Origin: a virus
Lineage: Duplodnaviria > Heunggongvirae > Uroviricota > Caudoviricetes
Virus record (IMG/VR): IMGVR_UViG_3300028833_002727
Direction: 5' to 3' (one strand)
Length of the DNA: 64,000 nucleotides
A model generated the notes under the pieces. That model saw nothing but the letters and a program-made list of their open reading frames with translations, had not been told where the DNA came from and did no database searches. The position numbers and the translations under genes were made by a program. Shown piece by piece: positions 1-10,174 of the stretch. The stretch's first letter is position 1; the number at the start of each line of letters is the position of its first letter.

Positions 1-25
1 TCACTTTAATTAAAACGAAAAATAC

Positions 26-1477
26 ATGTTAACACCAGAAGAATTAGAAGAAAGTAGAATTACCGCAATGAAGGTATGTGAGCAATCATACCTCATGTAT
101 GAAAATTCAAAAAGAGAAATGATTGAGGTTGCAGCGAAAAAAACCGACAAAAACGGTGCTCCTCTATACACTGAGCAAGCAATCAAGAAAAATATACAAT
201 TGATTGAAACTGCTGAGCAGGATGTTATCGACCAGTATATTCAAATGGGCGGTACTTTGGAGGATTTACAGAAATTGAAAAGTCCTAAAAAGAAAACCGT
301 TGACAAGAAACATCTACAGGAACTTATGAAAAAGGAAACTGAAAGGGATGAATTGTTAAAGTATATTGCTAATTTAAGAGCAAATGATGTAACAACAAAA
401 CCAACAGAAAATACTGAAGAAAAGCCAGCAGAACCAGTTGTTCAAGAAGTAACAAATACACAAACAAACAGCCCATACATGTCAATGGAAGAATTACAAG
501 AGAAATTCAAACAGGTTTCAAAAGAACATGAAACACCTGAAGAAACAGAAAGACTAAATTCTGTTATGCCACAGATTGTTAATATTGGTGAACCTGGTAA
601 AATGTATGATTATGTTAAATTACCATCAAAAGGACAATGCTATCGTCACAAAAAGGATAAAGTAAGGGTGGCATATCTAACTGCTTTTGATGAAAATATG
701 ATTTTATCACCAAGCTTGTATAAGGATGGTAAATTTATTGATTTCCTTTTGAAGGCGAAGGTTTATGATGATGATATTAACCCTGAAGAGTTAACCAAGG
801 GCGATAGAGATGCTATTGTTTTATGGCTACGCGCAACCGGATATGGAAACGATTATCCAATTGTTGTTACCGACGAGGATACTGGAAGAGATTTCGACAC
901 TAACGTGGACTTATCAACATTAAACTACAAACCTTTCAAATTAAAAGGTGACGTAAATGGTTATTTTGATTTCCAATTACCAAGTACAGGCGATATTATT
1001 AAGTTTAAATTCTTAACAGTTGCTGATTTAAATGTTTTGGAACAATTGAAATTTAAAGAGAACAAGAAAATGAACGTTCTAAATGTAAGACAAATCTGTT
1101 CTAATTTAATGGATGCTGTTCGAAACAATGAGTTAATTTCAACTGTAGCACAACAGAAAGTTAAAAACACTGTTGAATTTGTACGTGATGAAATTGCTAA
1201 AAATTATGACGAAGAAAATGATTTTACATTCTCACATGAATTAACCGACAGATTACTATTACAAACAGTCTCAATAAACGGTATTACAGATAGAAAATAT
1301 ATTGAGAACTATATTTTCAGTATGAATGTAAAAGACGCCGCATCTTACCGTAAATATATCGTAGATAATGAGCCTGGAGTTGACTTTAATATTGAAGTTG
1401 AACGTCCTGAGAGTCTTGGAGGTGGCTCTATTAAATCGTTTCTGCGACTTGATCAGTTTATTTTTGTCAATTTCTAA
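26..1477 (+). CDS. Baseplate hub assembly / tail assembly chaperone (T4 gp26-like C-terminal domain)
   Basis: 483 aa ORF. The C-terminal half has VKLPSKGQCY...LTAFDENMILS...LTKGDRDAIVLWLRATGYG, typical of gp26-like proteins, and it lies directly upstream of the tape-measure gene. Confidence 0.7.
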   Translation: MLTPEELEESRITAMKVCEQSYLMYENSKREMIEVAAKKTDKNGAPLYTEQAIKKNIQLIETAEQDVIDQYIQMGGTLEDLQKLKSPKKKTVDKKHLQELMKKETERDELLKYIANLRANDVTTKPTENTEEKPAEPVVQEVTNTQTNSPYMSMEELQEKFKQVSKEHETPEETERLNSVMPQIVNIGEPGKMYDYVKLPSKGQCYRHKKDKVRVAYLTAFDENMILSPSLYKDGKFIDFLLKAKVYDDDINPEELTKGDRDAIVLWLRATGYGNDYPIVVTDEDTGRDFDTNVDLSTLNYKPFKLKGDVNGYFDFQLPSTGDIIKFKFLTVADLNVLEQLKFKENKKMNVLNVRQICSNLMDAVRNNELISTVAQQKVKNTVEFVRDEIAKNYDEENDFTFSHELTDRLLLQTVSINGITDRKYIENYIFSMNVKDAASYRKYIVDNEPGVDFNIEVERPESLGGGSIKSFLRLDQFIFVNF

Positions 1478-1478
1478 T

Positions 1479-1724
1479 GAAGGAGTAGGTGAAGCAGAGA
1501 AAAAATTGTGGGATGAGTTGTGGGGTTGTGTTAATTATTTGAAAATCCCGTTTGATACGTTAATGTCAATGCCAGTATACATCAGAAAGTTCTGGATATT
1601 AAAACATAACGAGGTTAATAACCCAGAAAACAAGTCTGGAAATGGTGAAAATAAGAATATCGACGGACAACAAATCAATTCATATGCACAATTAGAACAA
1701 AGTAATAGAAATGTCCCAAAATAA
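1479..1724 (+). CDS. Short tail-chaperone C-terminal segment (GT-like), start uncertain, possibly reached by frameshift
   Basis: Reading frame KKLWDELWGCVNYLKIPFDTLMSMPVYIRKFWILKHNE sits between the chaperone and tape measure. The open frame extends back to 1368, overlapping the upstream gene, and has no convincing ATG at its 5' end. Confidence 0.55.
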   Translation, partial: EGVGEAEKKLWDELWGCVNYLKIPFDTLMSMPVYIRKFWILKHNEVNNPENKSGNGENKNIDGQQINSYAQLEQSNRNVPK

Positions 1725-1740
1725 TGGGGCATTTTTTGTT
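1721..1740 (+). terminator. Intrinsic terminator
   Basis: ATGTCCC-AAAATAAT-GGGGCAT stem followed by a T-run. Confidence 0.55.
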
Positions 1741-1758
1741 TAAAATGTGGGTGTTTTT

Positions 1759-1766
1759 GTATTTAT
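1759..1766 (+). promoter_or_regulatory. Putative late promoter motif GTATTTAT (tape measure)
   Basis: The same motif recurs 20-45 nt upstream of structural or late-looking genes (e.g. 16595, 30453, 39335, 40330, 52410, 60927, and on the minus strand near 48640). Confidence 0.55.
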
Positions 1767-1790
1767 TATTAAGAGTAAAATATGTAGTTT

Positions 1791-4523
1791 ATGTCTGATA
1801 GAGTAATAATAGGTGGTTTTGATGAAAAGGCTTTAGAAGTTTTAGAGCATTATTTAGGTAAATCAAAAGGAAGTGTTTCTAATTCCGTTAGAAACTCAAA
1901 TAATGCTGTGTCTAGTAATGAAGTTGGTAGTTATCAACAAAATATTGAAGAAGCCAAACAACGAGTAGAAGAACTAGTTCAAAAAGAAAAAGAATTAAAA
2001 CATGCTAGAGAGTTATCTAATAAAGAAATATCTGAATTACAAGATAAATTTGCCCAAATCGGTAAATCATATGACGAGTTAACTACAAATGAAAAACGAC
2101 AATATACTATCCTAAAACATAGAATCGAAAGTGCGGTTAAATATAAAGAACAGTTAGATGAACAAATTAAAAATATAAAAACTGAAAATACTTTAATCCA
2201 CGAACAAATTGAAAATTGGGATAAAGTTGGAGAAAATATATCTGAAGCTATTATTAAAGCAAAAACGTATTCAGACGTTTTAAGAAAGATAAAACACGAT
2301 AAAGACGCAATATATGAAAAAGAACGCAGTTCTTATGATGCCGCGCGCGTAAAATTTGCTAAAGAAAACCCAGAAGATTATCAAAAATTCCGTAAAAGAG
2401 AACATAATATTGCAAAACAAAGAGGTATTGCGAGAGAATGGTTGGAGAGACACAAGACAGCATCAAAATTCTTTGGTAGTGACATTAACGAATTTGCTAA
2501 TGCTGGTAAAAAACATAGTATTGCAAAGGGTATAGCAAGTAATTTACTAACAAAGGCTGGTAATGCTGCAAGTTTCATCACAAGTGATAAACAACTATCA
2601 ATTAGTGATGTTGGTGGAAAAGTAGCAGATGTTGTTGGACAACTAGGCCCATGGGGTAAAGCAGCAGGTGCGTTGATACAAGGATTAACATCTGCTGTTG
2701 AGATGGCTGATAGAATAAATAAATCAGCGTCAGATTATGCACGCTCTGTTGGTGGTGGTGTTGCTAAAATGAAAGCCATGAGAACACAAGCAACAGATAT
2801 TGCAAGTGCAATTTCTCAATGGGGTGACAAAGCATATAAATTTGATAAAATTCTTGAACATACAGCTGAATTATCAAAAGAAACTGGACGTGTAATGGAA
2901 CATATGTCTAACATGGACTTTAAGTCTTTGGAAGATTTAAGACAATGGGGTATTGACAGTTCAGTTCTTAATCAATTTGATACTTTCGGTTTGTCAATGG
3001 AAACAATTGACAAGAGAATCAAGTCTATATATAGTAATTCTGGTAAGCAAGGTTTAAATGCAAAGGCTGTTACTGACGCCGTAACAAAAAACCTAAAAAT
3101 GGCGCAGAATTATACGTTTGCTGGAGGACTTCGTGCTCTTGAACGTATGGCTCAAAAGTCTGTTGCATTAAAATATAATATGGAAGCCGTTTCGCGCTTT
3201 GCTGATAAGGTTTCTACATTAGAAGGTGCAACAACTGCTGGTGCTCAATTATCAGTATTAGGTAGTGATTTTGCAAGAATGGGCAATCCATTAACCATGT
3301 TATATGGTGGCTTACAAGACATGGAACAACTTAACGACATGATGTTGAACATGACTAAAAACATGGCTCAATGGGATAGTGATAAAGGGCAGATGGAGAT
3401 TACAGCATACAATCGTCAACGATTAAAAGCAGCAGCAGATGCTATGGGTGTTGATTATAGTGAATTAGTAAACCAAGCAATGACTCAAGGTAAACGTAAC
3501 CGTATTGACAACCAATTGGATATGTCTGGTAAAGTAAATGATGATGCAACCAGAGAATATATCAAAAATATAGCACAAGTTGATGAAAACGGAAACGGCT
3601 ATGTGGTATTCCATGAAGGCGGAGGTGAAAGACGCGTTAATGTTGAAGATTTGAGTGAGAACGACAAAGAAAAGTTAGCGCAAGAAAGTAAACGATATTC
3701 AGATGAACAAAATGCTAAACTTGGTGATGTATTGTCTCAGACAAGAACAATAACTGAGCAGTTAAACGACTTGATAGATACATTAAGAGCAAGAATAGCA
3801 AAAGGTATTATTACTATATATAACTGGTTAGATAAACATTTTGGTGATGGTACAAATCAGATTGACGTGACTGGCATGAGTTTGTCTAACGAACAAAAAC
3901 CAACATATGATGCTGCAATTAAAGCACGCGATAAAGGTTGGAGTAATTTATCTCAAGAGGAGATAGCAGTTTTAAAAAGTGCTGGTATAACTAGTAGGGC
4001 GCAAATTGCTGGTAAAACAAATGAAGAAATATCATCCATGATGTCTGGTGTATCATCTACGCAAACTGGAAATAATACACATAATGGAACAGTTCGCGCA
4101 AAAACTAATTCAATAGGTGGTACATCACAAGCAACATCACAAAACACACAATTTGCTACAAACTCAAATGTTGCTAATCAAAATACATCATCATCACAAG
4201 GATGGAATAACAATACTAATACTACAAGTGTACCAATTAAGGCTGGTAGCAATCAAACAAAAGCTTTAACAGTTAACGAAAATAAATCTAATACTGGGAA
4301 TATAGCACAAACTAATCAAAAATTAAGTATTGAGCCTATTTCTATTAACGTTAGTGGTACTATTAAATTGACTGATGGAAGTTTAACTAAATCAATTGAT
4401 GTTACAAAATATCTTGATGATAATAGAATAATTGCACATTTGGTACGTAGTATAGAAAAAACAATTGGTTTTAGATTTAATGGTAGTGAAACTTTATCAC
4501 ATACACCATATCCTGTAGCGTAA
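1791..4523 (+). CDS. Tape measure protein
   Basis: 910 aa, Ala/Gly/Lys-rich helical and coiled-coil composition, positioned between the tail chaperone and baseplate genes. Confidence 0.7.
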   Translation: MSDRVIIGGFDEKALEVLEHYLGKSKGSVSNSVRNSNNAVSSNEVGSYQQNIEEAKQRVEELVQKEKELKHARELSNKEISELQDKFAQIGKSYDELTTNEKRQYTILKHRIESAVKYKEQLDEQIKNIKTENTLIHEQIENWDKVGENISEAIIKAKTYSDVLRKIKHDKDAIYEKERSSYDAARVKFAKENPEDYQKFRKREHNIAKQRGIAREWLERHKTASKFFGSDINEFANAGKKHSIAKGIASNLLTKAGNAASFITSDKQLSISDVGGKVADVVGQLGPWGKAAGALIQGLTSAVEMADRINKSASDYARSVGGGVAKMKAMRTQATDIASAISQWGDKAYKFDKILEHTAELSKETGRVMEHMSNMDFKSLEDLRQWGIDSSVLNQFDTFGLSMETIDKRIKSIYSNSGKQGLNAKAVTDAVTKNLKMAQNYTFAGGLRALERMAQKSVALKYNMEAVSRFADKVSTLEGATTAGAQLSVLGSDFARMGNPLTMLYGGLQDMEQLNDMMLNMTKNMAQWDSDKGQMEITAYNRQRLKAAADAMGVDYSELVNQAMTQGKRNRIDNQLDMSGKVNDDATREYIKNIAQVDENGNGYVVFHEGGGERRVNVEDLSENDKEKLAQESKRYSDEQNAKLGDVLSQTRTITEQLNDLIDTLRARIAKGIITIYNWLDKHFGDGTNQIDVTGMSLSNEQKPTYDAAIKARDKGWSNLSQEEIAVLKSAGITSRAQIAGKTNEEISSMMSGVSSTQTGNNTHNGTVRAKTNSIGGTSQATSQNTQFATNSNVANQNTSSSQGWNNNTNTTSVPIKAGSNQTKALTVNENKSNTGNIAQTNQKLSIEPISINVSGTIKLTDGSLTKSIDVTKYLDDNRIIAHLVRSIEKTIGFRFNGSETLSHTPYPVA

Positions 4524-4614
4524 ATACAGGTCGTAAACGATCGTATATATTGTAGGTAATATAATATAGAAATAAAAAAAGATAAATAAAAAGAAAAAAG
4601 AAATAAAAAAGAAT

Positions 4615-7600
4615 ATGATAGCAACAGTTGATGGAGTATTAGAACATAATAAAGAAATACGAGACAATATGTTGAAACACAACATTGGGAAGTATTCTCA
4701 ATGGCCTTTTGCTTTAAAACCAGCAATAGGCGAGTATTATGATATTGATTATAATCGAAAACTATCAGATTTAAAGGATGGTAAAGGTTTATTGTCTTTT
4801 ACACATGATGGTAAGTCAACATATTCTGAAGAAATTAAAAGAAAGTTCTTTTCTTCAAGAGAAGAAGAACCTTATTTTGTTCGTCCTTTAACTTACGGTG
4901 AATTAAATCCATGGACTGAATTCCAGAATGGAAGTTATATTCAATATATTGATGAAGTTTTTGGTAAAGATGATGTTATGAGACATGTTGATTATATCAA
5001 TAATCTATTGTCTGGACAATTTATTGAAAACGCGTTACGTCAAACTGAAGTTGGTGTTATTAAAGACATTAATGTTGCTGTCGCATTGCGTGGAATTGTT
5101 ACCACAAACCCAAATAATATGTCTGGTGAAGATACTATAATGGGAAAAATAAGTAACAGAATGTATGCTCAAACATTGTATAATGGTGCTATATTTAATA
5201 GTGACAGAATGAAGGTTAAAATACATGACGGTGAAAATTACTATGAAAAAATGTATTTAACACCAGAATTAGTTAATCAATATGGTAATAATTTAGCTAA
5301 TTTACATGAATTGAGCGATATAATGAAAATTGGCACAAACGAAACACATATTCGTGAAGATTTAGGTGCTGATGTTCATATATTAGATGGATATAATGGT
5401 AATATTGCTAATCTAAATTTGCCACAATTTAGATTGTTAAATGAACAAATAAAGAAAGCAATTGAACTTAGAGGGGTTGACAACAGTACGTTAACATCTA
5501 AAATCGTTGGCGATATATATGGTAATACATCTTTCAGAGACAATAAAGGTAATGACGTGTTATTACCAATTAGAGTATATACTCCGGTTAATGGACAGGG
5601 ATACGTGAATATATCGAAGAAAGATAGTGATTGGAGATATGAATCACTTGGGTTTATTGATGTTGATGGAGATGCTTTAGAAAGTCAAGTTAAAGGTGGT
5701 AGATATTATGGTGTATATAGTGCAAATGTATACAACGAAAAAGAAGACGATAAAACAATACCAGGTATAGATAAACTAAATGAAGAAGGAAATCAATACA
5801 ATAAATATGATGTGATTGATGATGATGTAACAACGTTATTATCAAAAACAAGTAGATTATTCCATCAAAACAAGATAGATACTTTAATTGCTAGATTCCA
5901 TACTGATAGTAGTAAATATGGTTTTCCAGAATTTACAGATACTGCCAGAAGTCAATTCGGTAATTCACATGGTAGAAACTTATTAAGATTAGATGCCGTT
6001 GGTAATCCAAATAATGATACAAATGGTTATGATAATCCATATTGTCGTACTTGGACATATCATCATCAATACAATCAAGTAAAGAAATTGATACGTCCAT
6101 TTACACACGTTGTTGGTGGTAATGAAGTTCCATATAAAAACAGAGACATTCAGGGAATGAACAAAAAATATCGTGCTTACAGAAGTGATAACGGAAAAAA
6201 CGCGATATTTGGCTATCAAAGTCTTGCTGATAATACTGTATTGCAAGAAAATGGTTTTGTTAAAATAACACCAAAATCTGGCGAGGGAGGTTATGATGTT
6301 AGAAAATGTATGTTCTCTATTGAAAACCTTGCTTGGAAAGATGTGTTACCATTTGACGACAATATATCAAAAGAACAAAGAGGTCCAAATGGCGGACGTA
6401 TTATGTGGTTCCCACCATATGATTTGGATTTCCAAGAGTCAGTAAATGTTGCATGGAACGAGAATACATTTATTGGTAGAGGCGAAAAAGTATATACATA
6501 CACAAATACAGATAGAACTGGAACACTTTCGTTCTCATTACTTATCGACCATCCAGCGATTATAAACAGTGTTACTAAAAACTCATATGAAGGTATGGGT
6601 AATGAAAAGGATCCTGAGGCGGATATATTGCGTTTCTTTGCTGGTTGCAACCTATTAGAAGAGTCTGATAAGATAACTGAAATACCAGATATTATTCCAA
6701 ATGAAAAACCTAAACCACAACAAAAAGAGGGTAAAATAGTATTCAAGATATATTATCCAAACAACTTTAGTGGTATTATAAGTGAAAAATCTGGCAACCA
6801 TGATTATAATGATTTCACTAATTATGTTTTAGGCGGTTCTAGTGATACAAGTGGAAATACGTCATATAATAGTGAAATGAGAAATGATTATTGGTGGCAG
6901 TATATTCTAGTTGGTAATAACACTTGTGTTCCTACTAATCCGGATGATTTTAGAGGCTATGAAATGAAAGCAGTTAGTGAAGAAGGAAACGGTTTAACAA
7001 ATGATGAAACAGAATATACTAATATACCATTACCAACATGTAAAGATAATAAATGTACTGTTCAACCAAATTTAGATGAAATACAAACTATTGATGGTTT
7101 TAGAAACACGTGTACATTGCATGAGTTAAATAAAGATGAAGTTTACTATTATCAAGTTGATGAGGATTTACATCAAAAATTGACAATCGAAGGTTCATAT
7201 AAAGATACAACTTCATATCAATTAAACGCAAGTTTTACAACAGTTGATGAAAAATCACCTCATCAAGCATATGAATATACCTTTGCTGAAGTAATTATGG
7301 CTCTATTAGCATATAACCAGGGTAAGGGTACTTATGGTTCACTATACAACCAATATAAGGATTATGTTATTGGTACTTTGGGTGTTGATAACAATAGAGT
7401 TCAATCACTTGTTGACATTTTTAACAACGATAAAGTTAAATTTACAGGCGTATCATATGGCGGTAGTGCTGACAACAACGACAAGACAAATTCTAGCATG
7501 TTAGCACGTCGTAGAGGTGTAACTGGTATTGAAATGTTGAAACGTTTGTTTACAAAACTACAAGATTTAGAAGAGTTAAACAATATTGTAACACAAGAAA

Positions 7601-9822
7601 GTCCAAAAACTGGTGGTAAAACAAATGTACCAGCGTATAGTAAAGAACAAAAAATAAATCGTTTCTGTGAGTTTACTATTAGTTATTTAATTCCTTCCGA
7701 GGAATTGAAAGATACTGCTGGCGATAATGGTGTTGTTGGTGGTGATAATCCTACAAGTGGTAGTACGAGCGGTGAAACAAGTGGTATTACATTTATGGAT
7801 TATATGGGAAAAATAACTGATTATAGCCCAGCACTTAAAGCTTACTCTTCAATTGTTATGGGTCCATATGCTGACGGTTATAACGACCCAATAGATAATG
7901 GTAAATTAAGACAAGCGTTTGAGGCACATTTTAATAGTTTGGACAAAACTAACATCAATTTTGATGATGATACATTTATGAAAGCGGAAGTGGATGAGTT
8001 GATGAAAAATGTAAACTACGATGCTTTAATATTAACATATGCTGTTACTGATGACGATACAAATGCTAAGTTTGCTGGTATTTACCAAGATAAAGATTGT
8101 GATGAGACTTTAGAATATTTTCCTGGACACAATGGGTATAGATGTATAAAAGGTGCTAATGGTGAACCATTACTTCCTCTAACCGATACTGAGTTTTTCA
8201 TGAAACATGTTTTTGCTTGTTTCTTGGGTGGTGATGTTAAACTATCAGATTATGAGCCGACTGAAAGTGGTTCTGTTCAGTTTACTTATGCGGTGCCTGA
8301 TTCTATAATAATTTATGAAGATGCAGAGTGCGAATCATATACAATTGATATGGATAAGTTATTAACTGAGTTTATACTTGGACGTTACTTATACGATAAA
8401 TATGATAGTTTCGCTATCATGTCAAAAGATGACAAAATACGTTACTTGGTACGTTTCTGTGAGTTAATATATGAACATGATTCAACAGTTCCTTTCGATA
8501 TTATCAATGGTACTGGACAATACAGTGATGCTGGAATAATACCGAAGAGAAGTGCAACTTTCGACTATGCAGGTGCTTATTCAGATTTGTTATCTAATCT
8601 TATTATCGACGAGGAAGATGAAGAAGGTTATGAAATACCTTGTGTCCTTGCGTTGTTGAATGAGGAAATAAGGGATGAGGAAGAAAAGAAACAGAAAGAA
8701 CAACAAGGACAACAAATACAACAAAAACGCCCAGAAACACAAGAAAACAAAGCAGCACAACAAGTATTAAGTGAGGTTGCAATGGTATATGGACGTGATG
8801 AGGATATACCAAACATTAGGTACGAAACAGAGGGTGATTATTTCAAAAATATAGAGATAACAGACCCACTGTTGTATAAGAATTTGAAGGATAAATTCAA
8901 ATACTTCAATCCAGCATATCACTCAATTTCACCTGAAGGATTTAATGCACGTTTAACATTCTTACAACAATGTACAAGACAAGGACAAACCGTTGAGATG
9001 GGTAGTACAACTGATAATGCAAAGAATGGATATACAAATACTGCCGCAAACTTAGCATTTGGTAGAATGCCAGTATGTGTTATTCGTATTGGTGATTTTA
9101 TTAACACAAGAGCGATAATTACTAGTATGTCAATATCATATGCAGCAGCAGATGGTGTTGTATGGGATTTAAACGCTGAAGGTGCTGGTGTACAGCCAAT
9201 GTATGCTAAAGTATCTCTAGGTATAACATTACTTGGTGGACAATCACTTGGTGCTCCTATTAGTAGATTGCAAAATGCAATTTCATTTAACTATTATGCA
9301 AATGCGGAGGCATATGACAATAGGGCTGACGTTGCAACATATGAGGCAAATGAAAAGGGCGGTTATAATGTATCTTACAAGAGATTATGGACACCGATAA
9401 GTAACGAAGAAGATGTTCCAAAGAATGAAAATAATCTTGGTTGGGGAAGTGAAAAAACTAACGGCACACCTTACGGTATTTTCACAAGTCCAACAGATGC
9501 ACAAATTGCTGAAAAACTAAATCCTGAAACAAGTGGTGGTACAAGTGGTGGAACAGCAGATGACAATATAGTTGAATTCTCACAAGACTTAACTGATTAT
9601 GTTAGAAGTTTCACACCTGTTCAAAACGTATTGAATCAGTTTGGTGTCACAGATCCGTTCACAATTACAATGATGTGTAATAAGGATTGTAGTGAATATG
9701 AACAATCATTTACTGGATATGAAGGTTTACATGGTTTGAAAGGATTACAAGTCATTTCGTTCTATGGATATTTGAAAGAAGCAATAAAAGATGCTGTTGA
9801 TATGTATAGAAGAGTGCATTAA
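4615..9822 (+). CDS. Large baseplate / tail-tube-initiator-like structural protein
   Basis: 1735 aa with two tube-initiator-like segments (RIMWFPPYDLDFQESVNVAWNENTFIGRGEKVYTYTNTDRTGTLSF; NLAFGRMPVCVIRIGDFINTRAIITSMSISY), in baseplate context. Confidence 0.6.
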   Translation: MIATVDGVLEHNKEIRDNMLKHNIGKYSQWPFALKPAIGEYYDIDYNRKLSDLKDGKGLLSFTHDGKSTYSEEIKRKFFSSREEEPYFVRPLTYGELNPWTEFQNGSYIQYIDEVFGKDDVMRHVDYINNLLSGQFIENALRQTEVGVIKDINVAVALRGIVTTNPNNMSGEDTIMGKISNRMYAQTLYNGAIFNSDRMKVKIHDGENYYEKMYLTPELVNQYGNNLANLHELSDIMKIGTNETHIREDLGADVHILDGYNGNIANLNLPQFRLLNEQIKKAIELRGVDNSTLTSKIVGDIYGNTSFRDNKGNDVLLPIRVYTPVNGQGYVNISKKDSDWRYESLGFIDVDGDALESQVKGGRYYGVYSANVYNEKEDDKTIPGIDKLNEEGNQYNKYDVIDDDVTTLLSKTSRLFHQNKIDTLIARFHTDSSKYGFPEFTDTARSQFGNSHGRNLLRLDAVGNPNNDTNGYDNPYCRTWTYHHQYNQVKKLIRPFTHVVGGNEVPYKNRDIQGMNKKYRAYRSDNGKNAIFGYQSLADNTVLQENGFVKITPKSGEGGYDVRKCMFSIENLAWKDVLPFDDNISKEQRGPNGGRIMWFPPYDLDFQESVNVAWNENTFIGRGEKVYTYTNTDRTGTLSFSLLIDHPAIINSVTKNSYEGMGNEKDPEADILRFFAGCNLLEESDKITEIPDIIPNEKPKPQQKEGKIVFKIYYPNNFSGIISEKSGNHDYNDFTNYVLGGSSDTSGNTSYNSEMRNDYWWQYILVGNNTCVPTNPDDFRGYEMKAVSEEGNGLTNDETEYTNIPLPTCKDNKCTVQPNLDEIQTIDGFRNTCTLHELNKDEVYYYQVDEDLHQKLTIEGSYKDTTSYQLNASFTTVDEKSPHQAYEYTFAEVIMALLAYNQGKGTYGSLYNQYKDYVIGTLGVDNNRVQSLVDIFNNDKVKFTGVSYGGSADNNDKTNSSMLARRRGVTGIEMLKRLFTKLQDLEELNNIVTQESPKTGGKTNVPAYSKEQKINRFCEFTISYLIPSEELKDTAGDNGVVGGDNPTSGSTSGETSGITFMDYMGKITDYSPALKAYSSIVMGPYADGYNDPIDNGKLRQAFEAHFNSLDKTNINFDDDTFMKAEVDELMKNVNYDALILTYAVTDDDTNAKFAGIYQDKDCDETLEYFPGHNGYRCIKGANGEPLLPLTDTEFFMKHVFACFLGGDVKLSDYEPTESGSVQFTYAVPDSIIIYEDAECESYTIDMDKLLTEFILGRYLYDKYDSFAIMSKDDKIRYLVRFCELIYEHDSTVPFDIINGTGQYSDAGIIPKRSATFDYAGAYSDLLSNLIIDEEDEEGYEIPCVLALLNEEIRDEEEKKQKEQQGQQIQQKRPETQENKAAQQVLSEVAMVYGRDEDIPNIRYETEGDYFKNIEITDPLLYKNLKDKFKYFNPAYHSISPEGFNARLTFLQQCTRQGQTVEMGSTTDNAKNGYTNTAANLAFGRMPVCVIRIGDFINTRAIITSMSISYAAADGVVWDLNAEGAGVQPMYAKVSLGITLLGGQSLGAPISRLQNAISFNYYANAEAYDNRADVATYEANEKGGYNVSYKRLWTPISNEEDVPKNENNLGWGSEKTNGTPYGIFTSPTDAQIAEKLNPETSGGTSGGTADDNIVEFSQDLTDYVRSFTPVQNVLNQFGVTDPFTITMMCNKDCSEYEQSFTGYEGLHGLKGLQVISFYGYLKEAIKDAVDMYRRVH

Positions 9823-9854
9823 AAAAATAATTGTATATTTAACAAAAAGAACGT

Positions 9855-10166
9855 ATGTCATACGATAGATATTCAAAAGTTAGGCTTAACGGGAAAATAG
9901 GTATAGTACCACACGTTGAAATACCAAAACTTGATAGTGATTATTATGAGGTATATGAGCGCGGTAAAACGAGACTTGATAACTTATCATACAAGTATTA
10001 CAAAGATACAAACTATGATTGGTTAATCATGCTTGCGAACCAGGAGTATGGTTCAATGGAGTTTGATATACCAAATGGTGCTCAGATAAGAATACCATAT
10101 CCATTACAAGGAGTGATACAGTATTACAACAACGCAATTGATAATTATAATAGGTTATACAAATAA
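9855..10166 (+). CDS. LysM-like baseplate wedge protein (gp53/tail protein X-like)
   Basis: 103 aa, TRLDNLSYKYYKDTNYDWLIMLAN...GAQIRIPYP pattern. Confidence 0.7.
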   Translation: MSYDRYSKVRLNGKIGIVPHVEIPKLDSDYYEVYERGKTRLDNLSYKYYKDTNYDWLIMLANQEYGSMEFDIPNGAQIRIPYPLQGVIQYYNNAIDNYNRLYK

Positions 10167-10174
10167 CGTAATCA

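Noticed and set aside
4560-4614. Purine-rich A-tract before the large baseplate gene as a repeat element
   Set aside because: Consistent with ordinary A-rich Bacteroidota-type translation leaders.
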